Source: Nostoc punctiforme PCC 73102 (GTDB taxonomy: Bacteria; Cyanobacteriota; Cyanobacteriia; Cyanobacteriales; Nostocaceae). From it: 32,000 nucleotides of DNA. The DNA lies in the NCBI RefSeq assembly GCF_000020025.1, contig NC_010628.1, forward strand, positions 3,930,001 to 3,962,000, written 5' to 3'. Numbering within the stretch: position 1 is the stretch's first letter; each line of letters opens with the position of its first letter. Of this stretch, positions 1 to 9,943 are shown piece after piece. A program made the position numbers and the translations under genes. The notes below the pieces were generated by a model. That model saw nothing but the letters and a program-made list of their open reading frames with translations. It made no database searches and was not told the DNA's origin.

Positions 1-1
1 A

Positions 2-1009
2 CTGTTAGAAGTAAGTTGGGAAGCTTTAGAAAATGCGGCTATTGCACCACAGAATCTTGTAGGAAGTCAGACAGGTGTGTTCATTGGTCTGATTTCCAAC
101 GAGTATATGCAACTGCAAATTCAGCACAAAGACCCAGAAAAAATTGATGCTTATTACGGTACAGGCGGTATTGGTAGTGCAGCGGCAGGGAGGATATCTC
201 ATAGCTTGGGGCTGCGCGGGCCTAGCTTGGTAGTGGATACTGCTTGCTCGTCCTCGCTGGTTAGCATTCATTTAGCAGTTCAAAGCCTGCGACGTGGAGA
301 GTGCAATTTAGCATTAGCGGGTGGCGTAAACTTGATACTTCTGCCGGAGACGAATATTTTCTTATCAAAATCCAAGGCTGTAGCTGCCGATGGACGCTGT
401 AAAACCTTTGATGCTTCAGCTAATGGCTTTGTTCGAGGAGAGGGATGTGGTGTAGTTGTATTGAAACGACTCTCTGAAGCTTTAGCTGATAATGACCCAA
501 TCTTGGCTGTAATTCGGGGTTCAGCAGTGAATCATGATGGACGTAGCAGTGGTTTTACCGTCCCCAGTACAACAGCGCAACAAGAATTGTTACATCAAGC
601 ATTAGCTAACGCCAATGTAGAAGCCCAGCAGGTGAGTTATATCGAAGCTCATGGGACTGGCACATCCTTGGGAGATCCGATTGAGGTTGGTGCATTAGCA
701 TCTGTACTCTGTGCAGGACGTTCTTTTGAACAGCCACTAGTAATTAGTTCCGTTAAAACTAACATTGGTCATTTGGAAGCAGCGGCTGGGGTAGCGGGTT
801 TGATGAAGGTTGTTTTGGCTCTACAGCATCAAGAAATTCCGCCACACTTGCACTTGCAACAACCTAATCCGATGATTGCTTGGGAGCAATTGCCATTGAG
901 TGTCCCTACATCTGGGCAATCTTGGGTAGTTAAGGACTCGGCGCGGATTGGTGGGGTGAGTTCTTTTGGGATGAGTGGTACTAATGCTCATGTGATTGTG
1001 CAGGAAGCA
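2..1009 (+). other. Module 1 KS domain (partial)
   Basis: [36 protein letters not shown]. Confidence 0.85.
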
Positions 1010-4000
1010 CCTTTGGGGGGAGCAGGAGAGCAGGGGAACAGGGGAGCAGAAATTACAATTGAGCGTCCTTTACACTTACTCTGCCTTTCTGCTAAACATT
1101 CCAATTCCTTGCGACAATTAGCTGAACAATACATCGACTATTTGGGCAAGCATGGCGATATTTCTTTGGCTAATATTACCTACACTGCCCAAGTCGGACG
1201 TTCTCATTTTTCTCATCGTTTGGCTGTTATTGCCTCATCTCATGCCGAGATGCAAGCAAAGCTGGAGGAAGCAGAGTATGACTATCAAGTAGATAGTGGA
1301 AATTTCACCAGATGCGCCTTTTTATTTACTGGGCAAGGGTCGCAGTATGTAGGGATGGGAAGACAACTGTATGAAACCCAACCTGGTTTTCGTCGGATAT
1401 TAGATGAATGCGATCGCATTCTCCAACTTTTCCTCAACAAATCCATCCTATCAGTCATCTTTGCTGACACCACAGAAAATCCACTCCTCGACCAAACTGC
1501 CTACACTCAACCAGCTTTATTTGTCTTAGAATACGCCTTGGCGCAACTGTGGATTTCTTGGGGTATCCGTCCCTCTGCGGTGCTTGGCCACAGTGTCGGA
1601 GAATATGTGGCTGCTTGTGTGGCTGGTATTTTCTCCCTTGAGGACGGATTGAAATTGATTGCCCACCGCGCCCGCCTGATGCAGGCATTACCGCAAACAG
1701 GAGGTATGGCTGCGGTTTTCGCCAGCGCAGAAGTTGTAGAACCCTTGATTGCATCCTATCCTCAACAACTCAGTATTGCTGCGTATAACGGAGAACAAAG
1801 TTTAGTTATCTCAGGCGAGATGCAGGCATTAACAGCAGTTTTGCAAAAACTAGAAAGTCAAAGCATCGAAACGCGAATTTTGCAAGTATCTCACGCCTTC
1901 CACTCGCCGTTAATGGCATCAATGTTGGCAGAGTTTGAGCAAGTTGCCCAGCAAATTGCCTATCATTCCCCACAACTGGAAATCGTTTCTAATGTTAGTG
2001 GGAAGTTGACAAATAATGCAGAGATGTCTAATGCTAGTTATTGGGTAGAGCATATCCAAGCCAGTGTCTATTTTGCTCAAGGGATGTCAGCACTTTATTC
2101 CGCAGGCTACAAAGTATTTTTAGAAGTCGGTTCTCATCCCACTTTAATCGGTATGGCACAACGAGATTATCCAGAAGAGTTGGATAATCAAGGTTTATGG
2201 CTAGCTTCGCTACGCAAAGGCAAGGAAGATTGGCAACAAATTTTAGAAAGTTTGAGCCAGTTATATCTCCAAGGAGTAGAAATTGATTGGCTCGGATTCG
2301 AGAACGGCTATACACGAAATAAAGTAATATTACCCAACTATCCTTGGCAGCATCAACGCTATTGGTTTGAAACCACTACCAAAAAACTAGTAGTACACTC
2401 ACAATTGCATCCCCTGTTAGGTCAACGCCTACATTCTCCACTGTTCAAGAGTTTAGTATTTGAGAGCGAATTCCACACAGATAATTTACCCTTTCTAGCC
2501 GATCATCGTATCTACGGGTCGATAGTTGCACCGGGAGCATCTTATATTGCTATGTTGACCCTAGCAGGTAGGCAGATTTTCGGAACTAATGCAGTGTCTC
2601 TTCAACAGATTACGTTTCGAGAGCCTTTAATTATACCTGAAGATGGCAGTATCAAAGTGCAATTGATTTTGCAACTGGGCAAGAATCAGGATTATAGTTT
2701 TGAACTATTCAGCTTAGAGGGTAATGAGCAGTGGTGTCTCCATGCAACTGGTGAGTTATCTACCTTGTATACTACGAGAGAAACTTGCTCTTGGACAGAA
2801 ATACAAGCGCGTTGTCCTGAAAAATCCACTGGTTTGCAGGTATTTTATCAGGATGTCGGAGATACTGGGCTAGATTTGGGTGTAACTTTTCAATGGATTG
2901 GTGATTTCTGGCGACGAGATGGGGAAGCTATTTGTCAGATGCAAGTACCACCAGGTTGTGAAACAGAGACTAAGTTATATCCATTACATCCGGGGCTGAT
3001 AGATTCTTGTTTGCGGCTGTTAGGAGGTACTTTACCAGCAGAGATTCGAGACGCTGATGTTTATGTACCGATTAGTTTAGGTGGCTTTCATCTTTGGCAA
3101 AATCTGGACTTGAGTCAGCCATTATGGTGTCACGCCCGCCTGCAAAGCAATAATCCAGAGATGATAGTAGGAGATGTACAATTATTAGATGAATCTGGAC
3201 AAGCGATCGCTCAATTCTCGGAACTCTGTTTAAAGCGATCGCCACAGCAAGCATTACTCAAGCAACCAAATCTCCAAGACTGGCTTTATCAAATCACTTG
3301 GCAACTCCAAGGACGAACAATTACGCAATCATCTTTAGTAGCACAACAGCAATATTGGATACTTCTAATTGATGAAGATGCTGTAGGTACAGAATTGGCA
3401 AAATTGTTTCAAGCTAAAGGTGAATCCTGTGTGGCAGTCATCCCTAGTTATACTTACCAATCTTTAGAACAAGGTAAAATTTACATTAATCCAGCTGAAC
3501 CCCAGCATTTCGACCGACTGCTTCAAGAAGTCTCAATTCAACCAGGAATAGCTCTCCACATTGTACATTTGTGGAGTTTGGCTACTGGAGATTTGCTAGA
3601 TTCTACACAAATGCGTATCTGTGGTAGTGTTTTACATTTAACTCAAGCCTTAGCTCGGATAAATTTCCCACTAGCTAGGCTGTGGTTGATTTCTAGGGGT
3701 AGCCAGTCAATTAATCTACAATCTGAAATCGCCCTGTCTCAAACACCTCTCTGGGGATTGGGGCGAGTTATAGCAACAGAATATAGCGAAGTTTTTGCAG
3801 GGCTAATTGATTTAGATCCCCAAAGTTCAACTGTAGAAGCTGCAACTCAGTTGTGGGCAGAATTTTCCCATCCAGAATTGGGCGAACAAGTCGCCTTACG
3901 GGGAAATCAGCGCTACGTCTCCCGTTTGCAACGCGTTCCCAACACCATAGATTTCTCTGCTTCCTTTAACCCTTCCCTTGGGACTTACCTGATTACAGGC

Positions 4001-5179
4001 GGACTAGGAGGACTGGGGTTAACAGTGGCGAATTGGTTGGTTGAGCGAGGTGTGCAACACTTAGTATTAGTGGGTAGGCGATCACCATCTGATAAAGCGA
4101 AAAGTGCGATCGCCTCCTGGGAAAACGCTGGCGTGCAAGTTACAGTCACCCAAGCAGATATTACACAACTTGAACAAATACAAAAAATACTTGAGGGCAT
4201 TGAACCTCAGTTTCCCTTACGAGGTGTTATCCATGCAGCCGGAATTCTAGACGATGGGATTTTACTCCAACAAAACTGGGAGCGATTTACTAGGGTAATG
4301 GCTCCGAAATTACAGGGTGCTTGGAATCTGCATATCCTGACTCAAGATAAACCTTTGGAATTATTTGTCTTGTTCTCCTCCGTTGCTTCTGTGTTGGGAA
4401 CCACAGGACAAGCAAACTACGCAGCAGCAAACGCCTTTCTTGATGGGTTAGCCGATTATCGTCGCTTTCAAGGGCTGGCGGGATTAAGTATCAACTGGGG
4501 GGCGTGGGCGGAAGTGGGAATGGCTGCAACCTCTACAGGTTCTCCAGTGGGAGTAGAGAAAATTTTACCCCAACAAGGATTACAAATCTTGGCAGCATTG
4601 ACGCATCAAGCCAATGCTAGACAAGTTGCGGTTTTACCAGTGCGCTGGTCAAAATTTATCGCCCATTACTACACCCAAAAAGTGCCGCCTTTGCTGAGTG
4701 AGTTTGTTGATTCAAGGCAAACCCAAGAGACTGCACAGCCAGTATTAGCAGCGAAACCATATATTTTACGACAACTCCAGGAGGCTCACACCGCAGATAT
4801 TCAGCAAATTTTATTTAATTACATCCGTGACGAAGTAGCAAAAATCTTACGGTTCAATTCATCTGAGGAACTGCAACTGCGTCAGCGTTTATTTGAAGTG
4901 GGGTTAGATTCACTCATGGCAATCGAGTTGAGAAATCGTTTGCAATCAAGTCTAGAGTGTTCGCTGCCAACCACCTTGTTATTTGATTATCCCACCTTAG
5001 AAACCTTAACTAAATATCTTACTAATGATGTTTTGGATGTGAAAACGGCATCTCCACCGCCAAAAAGCGATCACCCTGACACCGAAATCAGCGATATTCA
5101 ACAGCTTTCGCAAACAGAACTAGAGCGATCGCTAGCGGCAGAATTAGCCAGCATTGACGAATTAATGAAAAAAATCTAA
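2..5179 (+). CDS. Type I modular polyketide synthase, 5'-partial (module 1 of window: KS-AT-DH-KR-ACP + C-terminal docking helices)
   Basis: The frame is open from nt 2 ([17 protein letters not shown]...), with no stop before the GTG at 77 used by the ORF track, so the gene starts upstream of the window. KS: Cys in DTACSSS (TGC 245-247), [19 protein letters not shown]: GHSVGE (Ser AGT 1592-1594) plus HAFH. DH: HxxxGxxxxP (His CAT 2504-2506). KR: TGGLGGLG, LDD, S/Y/N. ACP: GLDSL (Ser TCA 4910-4912). Confidence 0.95.
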   Translation: MLEVSWEALENAAIAPQNLVGSQTGVFIGLISNEYMQLQIQHKDPEKIDAYYGTGGIGSAAAGRISHSLGLRGPSLVVDTACSSSLVSIHLAVQSLRRGECNLALAGGVNLILLPETNIFLSKSKAVAADGRCKTFDASANGFVRGEGCGVVVLKRLSEALADNDPILAVIRGSAVNHDGRSSGFTVPSTTAQQELLHQALANANVEAQQVSYIEAHGTGTSLGDPIEVGALASVLCAGRSFEQPLVISSVKTNIGHLEAAAGVAGLMKVVLALQHQEIPPHLHLQQPNPMIAWEQLPLSVPTSGQSWVVKDSARIGGVSSFGMSGTNAHVIVQEAPLGGAGEQGNRGAEITIERPLHLLCLSAKHSNSLRQLAEQYIDYLGKHGDISLANITYTAQVGRSHFSHRLAVIASSHAEMQAKLEEAEYDYQVDSGNFTRCAFLFTGQGSQYVGMGRQLYETQPGFRRILDECDRILQLFLNKSILSVIFADTTENPLLDQTAYTQPALFVLEYALAQLWISWGIRPSAVLGHSVGEYVAACVAGIFSLEDGLKLIAHRARLMQALPQTGGMAAVFASAEVVEPLIASYPQQLSIAAYNGEQSLVISGEMQALTAVLQKLESQSIETRILQVSHAFHSPLMASMLAEFEQVAQQIAYHSPQLEIVSNVSGKLTNNAEMSNASYWVEHIQASVYFAQGMSALYSAGYKVFLEVGSHPTLIGMAQRDYPEELDNQGLWLASLRKGKEDWQQILESLSQLYLQGVEIDWLGFENGYTRNKVILPNYPWQHQRYWFETTTKKLVVHSQLHPLLGQRLHSPLFKSLVFESEFHTDNLPFLADHRIYGSIVAPGASYIAMLTLAGRQIFGTNAVSLQQITFREPLIIPEDGSIKVQLILQLGKNQDYSFELFSLEGNEQWCLHATGELSTLYTTRETCSWTEIQARCPEKSTGLQVFYQDVGDTGLDLGVTFQWIGDFWRRDGEAICQMQVPPGCETETKLYPLHPGLIDSCLRLLGGTLPAEIRDADVYVPISLGGFHLWQNLDLSQPLWCHARLQSNNPEMIVGDVQLLDESGQAIAQFSELCLKRSPQQALLKQPNLQDWLYQITWQLQGRTITQSSLVAQQQYWILLIDEDAVGTELAKLFQAKGESCVAVIPSYTYQSLEQGKIYINPAEPQHFDRLLQEVSIQPGIALHIVHLWSLATGDLLDSTQMRICGSVLHLTQALARINFPLARLWLISRGSQSINLQSEIALSQTPLWGLGRVIATEYSEVFAGLIDLDPQSSTVEAATQLWAEFSHPELGEQVALRGNQRYVSRLQRVPNTIDFSASFNPSLGTYLITGGLGGLGLTVANWLVERGVQHLVLVGRRSPSDKAKSAIASWENAGVQVTVTQADITQLEQIQKILEGIEPQFPLRGVIHAAGILDDGILLQQNWERFTRVMAPKLQGAWNLHILTQDKPLELFVLFSSVASVLGTTGQANYAAANAFLDGLADYRRFQGLAGLSINWGAWAEVGMAATSTGSPVGVEKILPQQGLQILAALTHQANARQVAVLPVRWSKFIAHYYTQKVPPLLSEFVDSRQTQETAQPVLAAKPYILRQLQEAHTADIQQILFNYIRDEVAKILRFNSSEELQLRQRLFEVGLDSLMAIELRNRLQSSLECSLPTTLLFDYPTLETLTKYLTNDVLDVKTASPPPKSDHPDTEISDIQQLSQTELERSLAAELASIDELMKKI
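1015..1049 (+). repeat. Same octamer repeat family in the KS-AT linker of module 1 (degenerate, about 4 units)
   Basis: ggggggagcaggagagcaggggaacaggggagcag, encoding [12 protein letters not shown]. Confidence 0.75.
1316..2281 (+). other. Module 1 AT domain (malonyl-type motifs)
   Basis: [26 protein letters not shown]. Confidence 0.85.
2402..3241 (+). other. Module 1 DH domain
   Basis: HPLLG, LADHRIYGSIVAPG. The DxxxQ position reads DSCLR (3002-3016). Confidence 0.8.
3278..4516 (+). other. Module 1 KR domain (structural + catalytic subdomains, B-type)
   Basis: [25 protein letters not shown]...GQANYAAAN. Confidence 0.8.
4796..5029 (+). other. Module 1 ACP
   Basis: LFEVGLDSLMAIELRNRL. Confidence 0.85.
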
Positions 5180-5217
5180 TCCCAATCAACAAGATATTTA
5201 GCGACAAGGTTCATAGC

Positions 5218-8200
5218 ATGAATAAAATCGACACAAAACAAAACAACATCAATCAACTACAACGCGCATTGCTGGCATTAAAAGAAATGCGTGGTAAGTT
5301 GGAGGCGATCGAGCGTGCTAAAACAGAACCCATCGCTGTGATTGGTATGGCGTGTCGCTTTCCTGGGGGAGCCGATAACCCAGATGCTTTTTGGCAAATT
5401 CTCCAACATGGTGTAGATACCATTCAGGAAATTCCCCAAGAACGTTGGGATACGGAAGCTTACTACAGTCCAAATCCCGATGCTGAGGGAAAATCCTACA
5501 TTCGCTATGGTGGTTTTTTAAAAGATATCGATTTATTTGATGCCAACTTCTTTGAAATCTCTCCCAGAGAAGCTGTTAGTACAGACCCACAACAACGCTT
5601 ACTACTAGAGGTAAGTTGGGAAGCTCTAGAAAATGCCGGACAGTGTATCGAACAGCTTTCGCAAACTCAAACAGGCGTATTTATTGGGGTAATGAACAAC
5701 GATTACTCACGCCTCTATGCTGGTAACTCTAATAGTATTGACACTTACTTTGGTACAGGCAACAGTTTTAGTTTTATTTCCGGTCGCCTTTCTTATATTC
5801 TGGGTTTACAAGGGCCGAGCTTAGTTGTAGATACCGCTTGTTCATCATCTCTAGTATCGTTACATTTAGCCTGCCAAAGTCTGCGTTCTGGGGAATGCGA
5901 CCAAGCTCTAGCAGGCGGAGTTAACCTGATATTGTCACCAGACACAAATATTTTTCTCTCCAAAATGCGAGCAGTTGCACCCGATGGACGCTGCAAGTCC
6001 TTTGATGCCTCAGCTGATGGCTATACAAGAGGTGAAGGTTGTGGAGTATTGGTACTTAAACGTTTGTCGGATGCTGTGGCGGCTGGTGACTCTATCCTCG
6101 CATTGATTAAAGGTTCAGCAGTCAATCACGACGGCCCTAGTGGTGGACTAACAGTACCTAGCGGCCCCGCACAACAAAAACTACTGCGTCAGGCTCTAGC
6201 TAACAGTAGGGTTGCACCACAGCAAGTGAGTTACATAGAGGCGCATGGTACTGGTACCTCCTTGGGCGATCCCATTGAAATTAACGCTTTAGCCTCTGTT
6301 CTGTGCGAACAACGCTCTTTTGAGCAGCCTTTGGTTGTTGGTTCTGTCAAAACCAACATTGGTCACTTGGAAGCAGCTGCCGGAGTTGCAGGTGTAATCA
6401 AGGTAATATTATCGCTACAACACCAGAAAATTCCACCTCATCTTCACCTCAAGCAACCTAACCCCCATATTCCTTGGCAAGAACTACCACTAGCTATTCC
6501 TACCACACCTAAACCGTGGCATTCTGAGAACAATACTCGAATTGCTGGAGTGAGTTCTTTTGGCTTGAGTGGTACAAATGCTCATCTGGTGATAGAAGCA
6601 GCACCTTTGGAGGAGGCAGGGGGAGCAGGGGAACAGGGGAACAGGGGAGAAGAAATTAGAGAGCGTCCTTTACATCTATTAACTCTGTCAGCCAAACATC
6701 CTCAAGCCCTACAGCAACTCGCTCAAAACTACATCAAGTACCTTTCATCTCATCCAGATATAGCCCTTGGTAACATCACCTTTACTTCTCAAGTCGGCAG
6801 AACTCATTTCTCACATCGCCTCGCCATCATTGCCGCCGACTATCAACAAATGCAACAACAGTTGCAAGCCTACCTGAATGATACCGATGATTTCAGTATC
6901 CATCACGGACATAGCAGCCAGCAAACCAAAAAAATTGCTTTCCTCTTCACTGGACAAGGTTCACAATACCGCAATATGGGTCGGCAATTGTATGAAACTC
7001 AACCAAGTTTCCGCCAAACCCTTGACCAATGTGACACCCTACTGCAACCTCTACTAGGTGAGTCAATTTTATCGGTTATCTTCAGTGACAACTCAGAAAG
7101 CGATCGCCTCAACCATACCGCATATACCCAAGTTGCGTTATTCGTCATAGAATACGGACTTGCCCAACTGTGGCTATCCTGGGATATCCGTCCCACAGCA
7201 GTTGTAGGACACAGCGTCGGTGAATATGTCGCTGCTTGTATTGCTGGTATTTTTTGTTTAGAAGACGCACTGAAATTAATTGTCCAACGTGCTTCTTTGA
7301 TGCAAGCCTTACCCCAAGGTGGAGGGATGGCAGCAGTATTCGCTACTGTAGAACAAGTTAGACCTTTAATTGCTGACTATCTGCAACAATTGAGTATTGC
7401 AGCGATTAATGGCGAACAAAGTATTGTCTTATCTGGAGAATTAGAGATACTCAATTCGGTACTGCAAAAACTAGAAAGCCAAGGCATTGAAACTAGAAAA
7501 TTGCAAGTATCTCATGCCTTCCACTCGCCCTTGATGCAGCCGATGTTGGCGAAGTTTGAGCAAGTGACAGCAACAGTAAAATATCAACAGCCGAAATTAG
7601 ATATTGTCTCGAATGTCACAGGCAAGATTGTCAGACAACAGGAAATGTCAAATGCGGCGTATTGGGTAGAACATATCCGAGCGAGTGTGCAATTTGCTGC
7701 TAGTATGCTGGCATTGTATCAAGCAGGATATGAGGTGTTTGTCGAGGTGGGGTCGCATCCGACACTGTTGGGGATGGCACGGCGTGAGTGTCCAGAAGTT
7801 TTGGAGGAAAAGGGGTTATGGCTGGCTTCACTGCGAAAAAGCCGGGGAGATTGGCAGCAGTTGTTAGATTCAGTGGCGCAGTTGTATGTGGCTGGGGTGG
7901 AGATTGATTGGCGAGGGTTTGAGAGCGATTATGCTCGTAATAAGGTAATTTTGCCGAATTATCCTTGGCAGCGCCAACGTTATTGGCTACCTACTGCGAC
8001 GACAGTGCCATCGCCCTCTTCCCAATCCTCTCTCTCAGCAGAACTACAAGATTGGCTTTATGAGGTGCAATGGCAACCCCAAACCTCATCAGATAAAACA
8101 CTTGCGATCGCACCTGCCCATTGGTTGATTTTAAGCGATCGCACAGGCGTTGCTGATAACTTGGCGCAACTGTTAGCAGAACAGGGTCATACTTATACTT

Positions 8201-9900
8201 TAGTTTTCTCAGGCGATTGCACTCACTTTGAGCAACTGCTAGACGGTATCCCAACTCAGTTACCATTGCAGATTTTACATCTGTGGAGTTTGGATAATAC
8301 TAAAGAGGCAGATTTAATGTTGACAAATATTCAAAACCATGTTTCTGCTGTATTGCATCTCATCCAAGCACTAGCCAGTCGCCAGGAGTCGATATCGGCG
8401 CGGTTGTGGTTGGTAACAGAAGGGACGCAGGTAATTGGAGAACATTCTGGGGAAATTGCGATCGCTGCTGCACCATTATGGGGTTTGGGTGGAGCGATCG
8501 CGATGGAATACCCCGAAATCTGGGGAGGTTTGATGGATCTCGACCCCAGCAGTTCACCAGCTGATACTGCGGCTTTATTACTGGCAAAACTGCCAACCAT
8601 GATTTTAGGCGATCGCATTGCTTGGCGACATCAACAGTGGCATACTGCGCGTTTGGTGCGTAGTCAAATTTCACCAGTAGCCGCCAAATCCCTCAAATTC
8701 ACCCCAGAGGTAACATACTTAATTGCTGGCGGACTAGGTGCTTTGGGTTTGCAAATTGCCCGTTGGTGTGTGGAACAGGGTGCAAGATATTTAGTATTAC
8801 TCGGTCGAAGTTCTCCAAGTGAAAGCGCTCAAGCAACAATTCGAGAGTTAGAACAAACAGGTACGCAAATAACAGTAGTACAGGCAGATATTGCCCAAGC
8901 CGAACAGTTGCAGCCAGCACTGACGGCACTGCTAACAAACCATCCCCCATTGCGCGGCATTATCCATGCAGCAGGTGTTCTAGATGATGGGATGCTGCTA
9001 CAACAAAACTGGGAACGGTTTGCTAAGGTGATGGCTCCTAAAATCCAAGGTGCGTGGAATCTGCACACTTTGACACTGGATCAACCCCTAGATTTCTTCG
9101 TACTGTTTTCATCAACAGCCTGCATACTCGGTGCGCCCGGTCAAAGCAACTATGCTGCTGCCAATGCCTTTTTAGATGCTTTAGCACATTACCGCCAAAA
9201 ACAAGGATTAGGCGCTACCAGTATCAACTGGGGGCCGTGGGCAGAGGTCGGGATGGCAGCATCATTCGGTCAAAGGTTAGCGGCAGAGGGTATTGATTTG
9301 ATTCCACCAAACCAAGCCTTGCAGTTACTCAAACATTTCCTGCAACAGAGAGTTTGTCAGGTGACTGTACTCCCCATCAACTGGACGCAGTTTTTACAAC
9401 GCTTTCCTACAGGGCAACAACCTGCTTACTTTCGGGAATTGTTTTCGGATGGACAACAGCAAGAAAACCAGCCATCCGAACTACAACAACGCCTACAAGC
9501 AACACCTGTTAACGAATGGAAATCTCTGTTAGTTGCTCACATTAGCGATGAACTTACCAGCATCTTAGGCTTGATCTCATCCCAAACCATCGACCCCCTA
9601 CAAGGATTTGCAACGATGGGCATGGATTCACTCACGTCAGTGGAATTTCGGAATCGCCTACAAAAAAGTTTAGGTAAATCGTTGCCTTCAACACTGACAT
9701 TTAATTATCCCAACATCGATACATTAGCAAGTTATTTTGTCAATACCCTAGATAACCAAAATATGCCGCCTGAAACCAAACCAACATTAGTTAATCCCAG
9801 TCAATCTATGACGGTGACACAAATCAAACAACTCTCAGAAGAACAGGTCGAATCAATGATTGATGAAGAATTAGCTTCCCTGATTGAATTTAGTCATTAG
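5218..9900 (+). CDS. Type I modular polyketide synthase (module 2: docking-KS-AT-KR-ACP-docking; no DH)
   Basis: 1560-aa ORF. KS Cys in DTACSSS (5839-5841), [25 protein letters not shown] (Ser AGC 7213-7215) plus HAFH. The AT-KR linker runs straight into the KR structural subdomain. [24 protein letters not shown] (Ser 9628-9630). Confidence 0.95.
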   Translation: MNKIDTKQNNINQLQRALLALKEMRGKLEAIERAKTEPIAVIGMACRFPGGADNPDAFWQILQHGVDTIQEIPQERWDTEAYYSPNPDAEGKSYIRYGGFLKDIDLFDANFFEISPREAVSTDPQQRLLLEVSWEALENAGQCIEQLSQTQTGVFIGVMNNDYSRLYAGNSNSIDTYFGTGNSFSFISGRLSYILGLQGPSLVVDTACSSSLVSLHLACQSLRSGECDQALAGGVNLILSPDTNIFLSKMRAVAPDGRCKSFDASADGYTRGEGCGVLVLKRLSDAVAAGDSILALIKGSAVNHDGPSGGLTVPSGPAQQKLLRQALANSRVAPQQVSYIEAHGTGTSLGDPIEINALASVLCEQRSFEQPLVVGSVKTNIGHLEAAAGVAGVIKVILSLQHQKIPPHLHLKQPNPHIPWQELPLAIPTTPKPWHSENNTRIAGVSSFGLSGTNAHLVIEAAPLEEAGGAGEQGNRGEEIRERPLHLLTLSAKHPQALQQLAQNYIKYLSSHPDIALGNITFTSQVGRTHFSHRLAIIAADYQQMQQQLQAYLNDTDDFSIHHGHSSQQTKKIAFLFTGQGSQYRNMGRQLYETQPSFRQTLDQCDTLLQPLLGESILSVIFSDNSESDRLNHTAYTQVALFVIEYGLAQLWLSWDIRPTAVVGHSVGEYVAACIAGIFCLEDALKLIVQRASLMQALPQGGGMAAVFATVEQVRPLIADYLQQLSIAAINGEQSIVLSGELEILNSVLQKLESQGIETRKLQVSHAFHSPLMQPMLAKFEQVTATVKYQQPKLDIVSNVTGKIVRQQEMSNAAYWVEHIRASVQFAASMLALYQAGYEVFVEVGSHPTLLGMARRECPEVLEEKGLWLASLRKSRGDWQQLLDSVAQLYVAGVEIDWRGFESDYARNKVILPNYPWQRQRYWLPTATTVPSPSSQSSLSAELQDWLYEVQWQPQTSSDKTLAIAPAHWLILSDRTGVADNLAQLLAEQGHTYTLVFSGDCTHFEQLLDGIPTQLPLQILHLWSLDNTKEADLMLTNIQNHVSAVLHLIQALASRQESISARLWLVTEGTQVIGEHSGEIAIAAAPLWGLGGAIAMEYPEIWGGLMDLDPSSSPADTAALLLAKLPTMILGDRIAWRHQQWHTARLVRSQISPVAAKSLKFTPEVTYLIAGGLGALGLQIARWCVEQGARYLVLLGRSSPSESAQATIRELEQTGTQITVVQADIAQAEQLQPALTALLTNHPPLRGIIHAAGVLDDGMLLQQNWERFAKVMAPKIQGAWNLHTLTLDQPLDFFVLFSSTACILGAPGQSNYAAANAFLDALAHYRQKQGLGATSINWGPWAEVGMAASFGQRLAAEGIDLIPPNQALQLLKHFLQQRVCQVTVLPINWTQFLQRFPTGQQPAYFRELFSDGQQQENQPSELQQRLQATPVNEWKSLLVAHISDELTSILGLISSQTIDPLQGFATMGMDSLTSVEFRNRLQKSLGKSLPSTLTFNYPNIDTLASYFVNTLDNQNMPPETKPTLVNPSQSMTVTQIKQLSEEQVESMIDEELASLIEFSH
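5326..6603 (+). other. Module 2 KS domain
   Basis: [39 protein letters not shown]. Confidence 0.85.
6609..6653 (+). repeat. Same octamer repeat family in the KS-AT linker of module 2 (about 4 units)
   Basis: ggaggaggcagggggagcaggggaacaggggaacaggggagaagaa, encoding [15 protein letters not shown]. Confidence 0.8.
6901..7923 (+). repeat. 1023-bp tract, copy A, nucleotide-identical to 11651-12673
   Basis: I compared the two tracts line by line at a constant offset of 4750 nt and saw no mismatch. The track's identical antisense mini-ORFs (6999-7196 = 11749-11946; 7685-7867 = 12435-12617) independently show the identity. Confidence 0.9.
6937..7902 (+). other. Module 2 AT domain (malonyl-type motifs)
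   Basis: [26 protein letters not shown]. Lies inside the 1023-bp tract identical to module 3. Confidence 0.85.
8050..9252 (+). other. Module 2 KR domain (B-type)
   Basis: [25 protein letters not shown]...GQSNYAAAN. Confidence 0.8.
9511..9747 (+). other. Module 2 ACP
   Basis: [18 protein letters not shown]. Confidence 0.85.
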
Positions 9901-9924
9901 TCATTTGTCCTTAGTTCTTTTCTC
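9890..9924 (+). repeat. STRR-like heptanucleotide tandem repeat (TTAGTCA family)
   Basis: ttagtca ttagtca tttgtcc ttagttc ttttctc, in register from 9890. Spans the stop codon of the module 2 gene and the 43-nt spacer before module 3. Confidence 0.7.
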
Positions 9925-9943
9925 CTCTGTTCTGTAAAGCAAA

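Noticed and set aside
3242-3980. A possible ER or methyltransferase domain in the roughly 240-aa stretch between DH and the KR Rossmann motif (also present in modules 3 and 4).
   Set aside because: The length and sequence (…WLYQI.WQ…LW.LGRVIA.E.P…) match the KR structural subdomain. No ER-type nucleotide-binding motif or SAM-binding motif is present.
6901-7923. The 1-kb perfect repeat as an insertion sequence or other mobile element.
   Set aside because: Both copies are in frame, encode a complete AT domain and are flanked by graded homology. This is domain-level gene conversion, not a transposon. Assembly artefact cannot be excluded from sequence alone.
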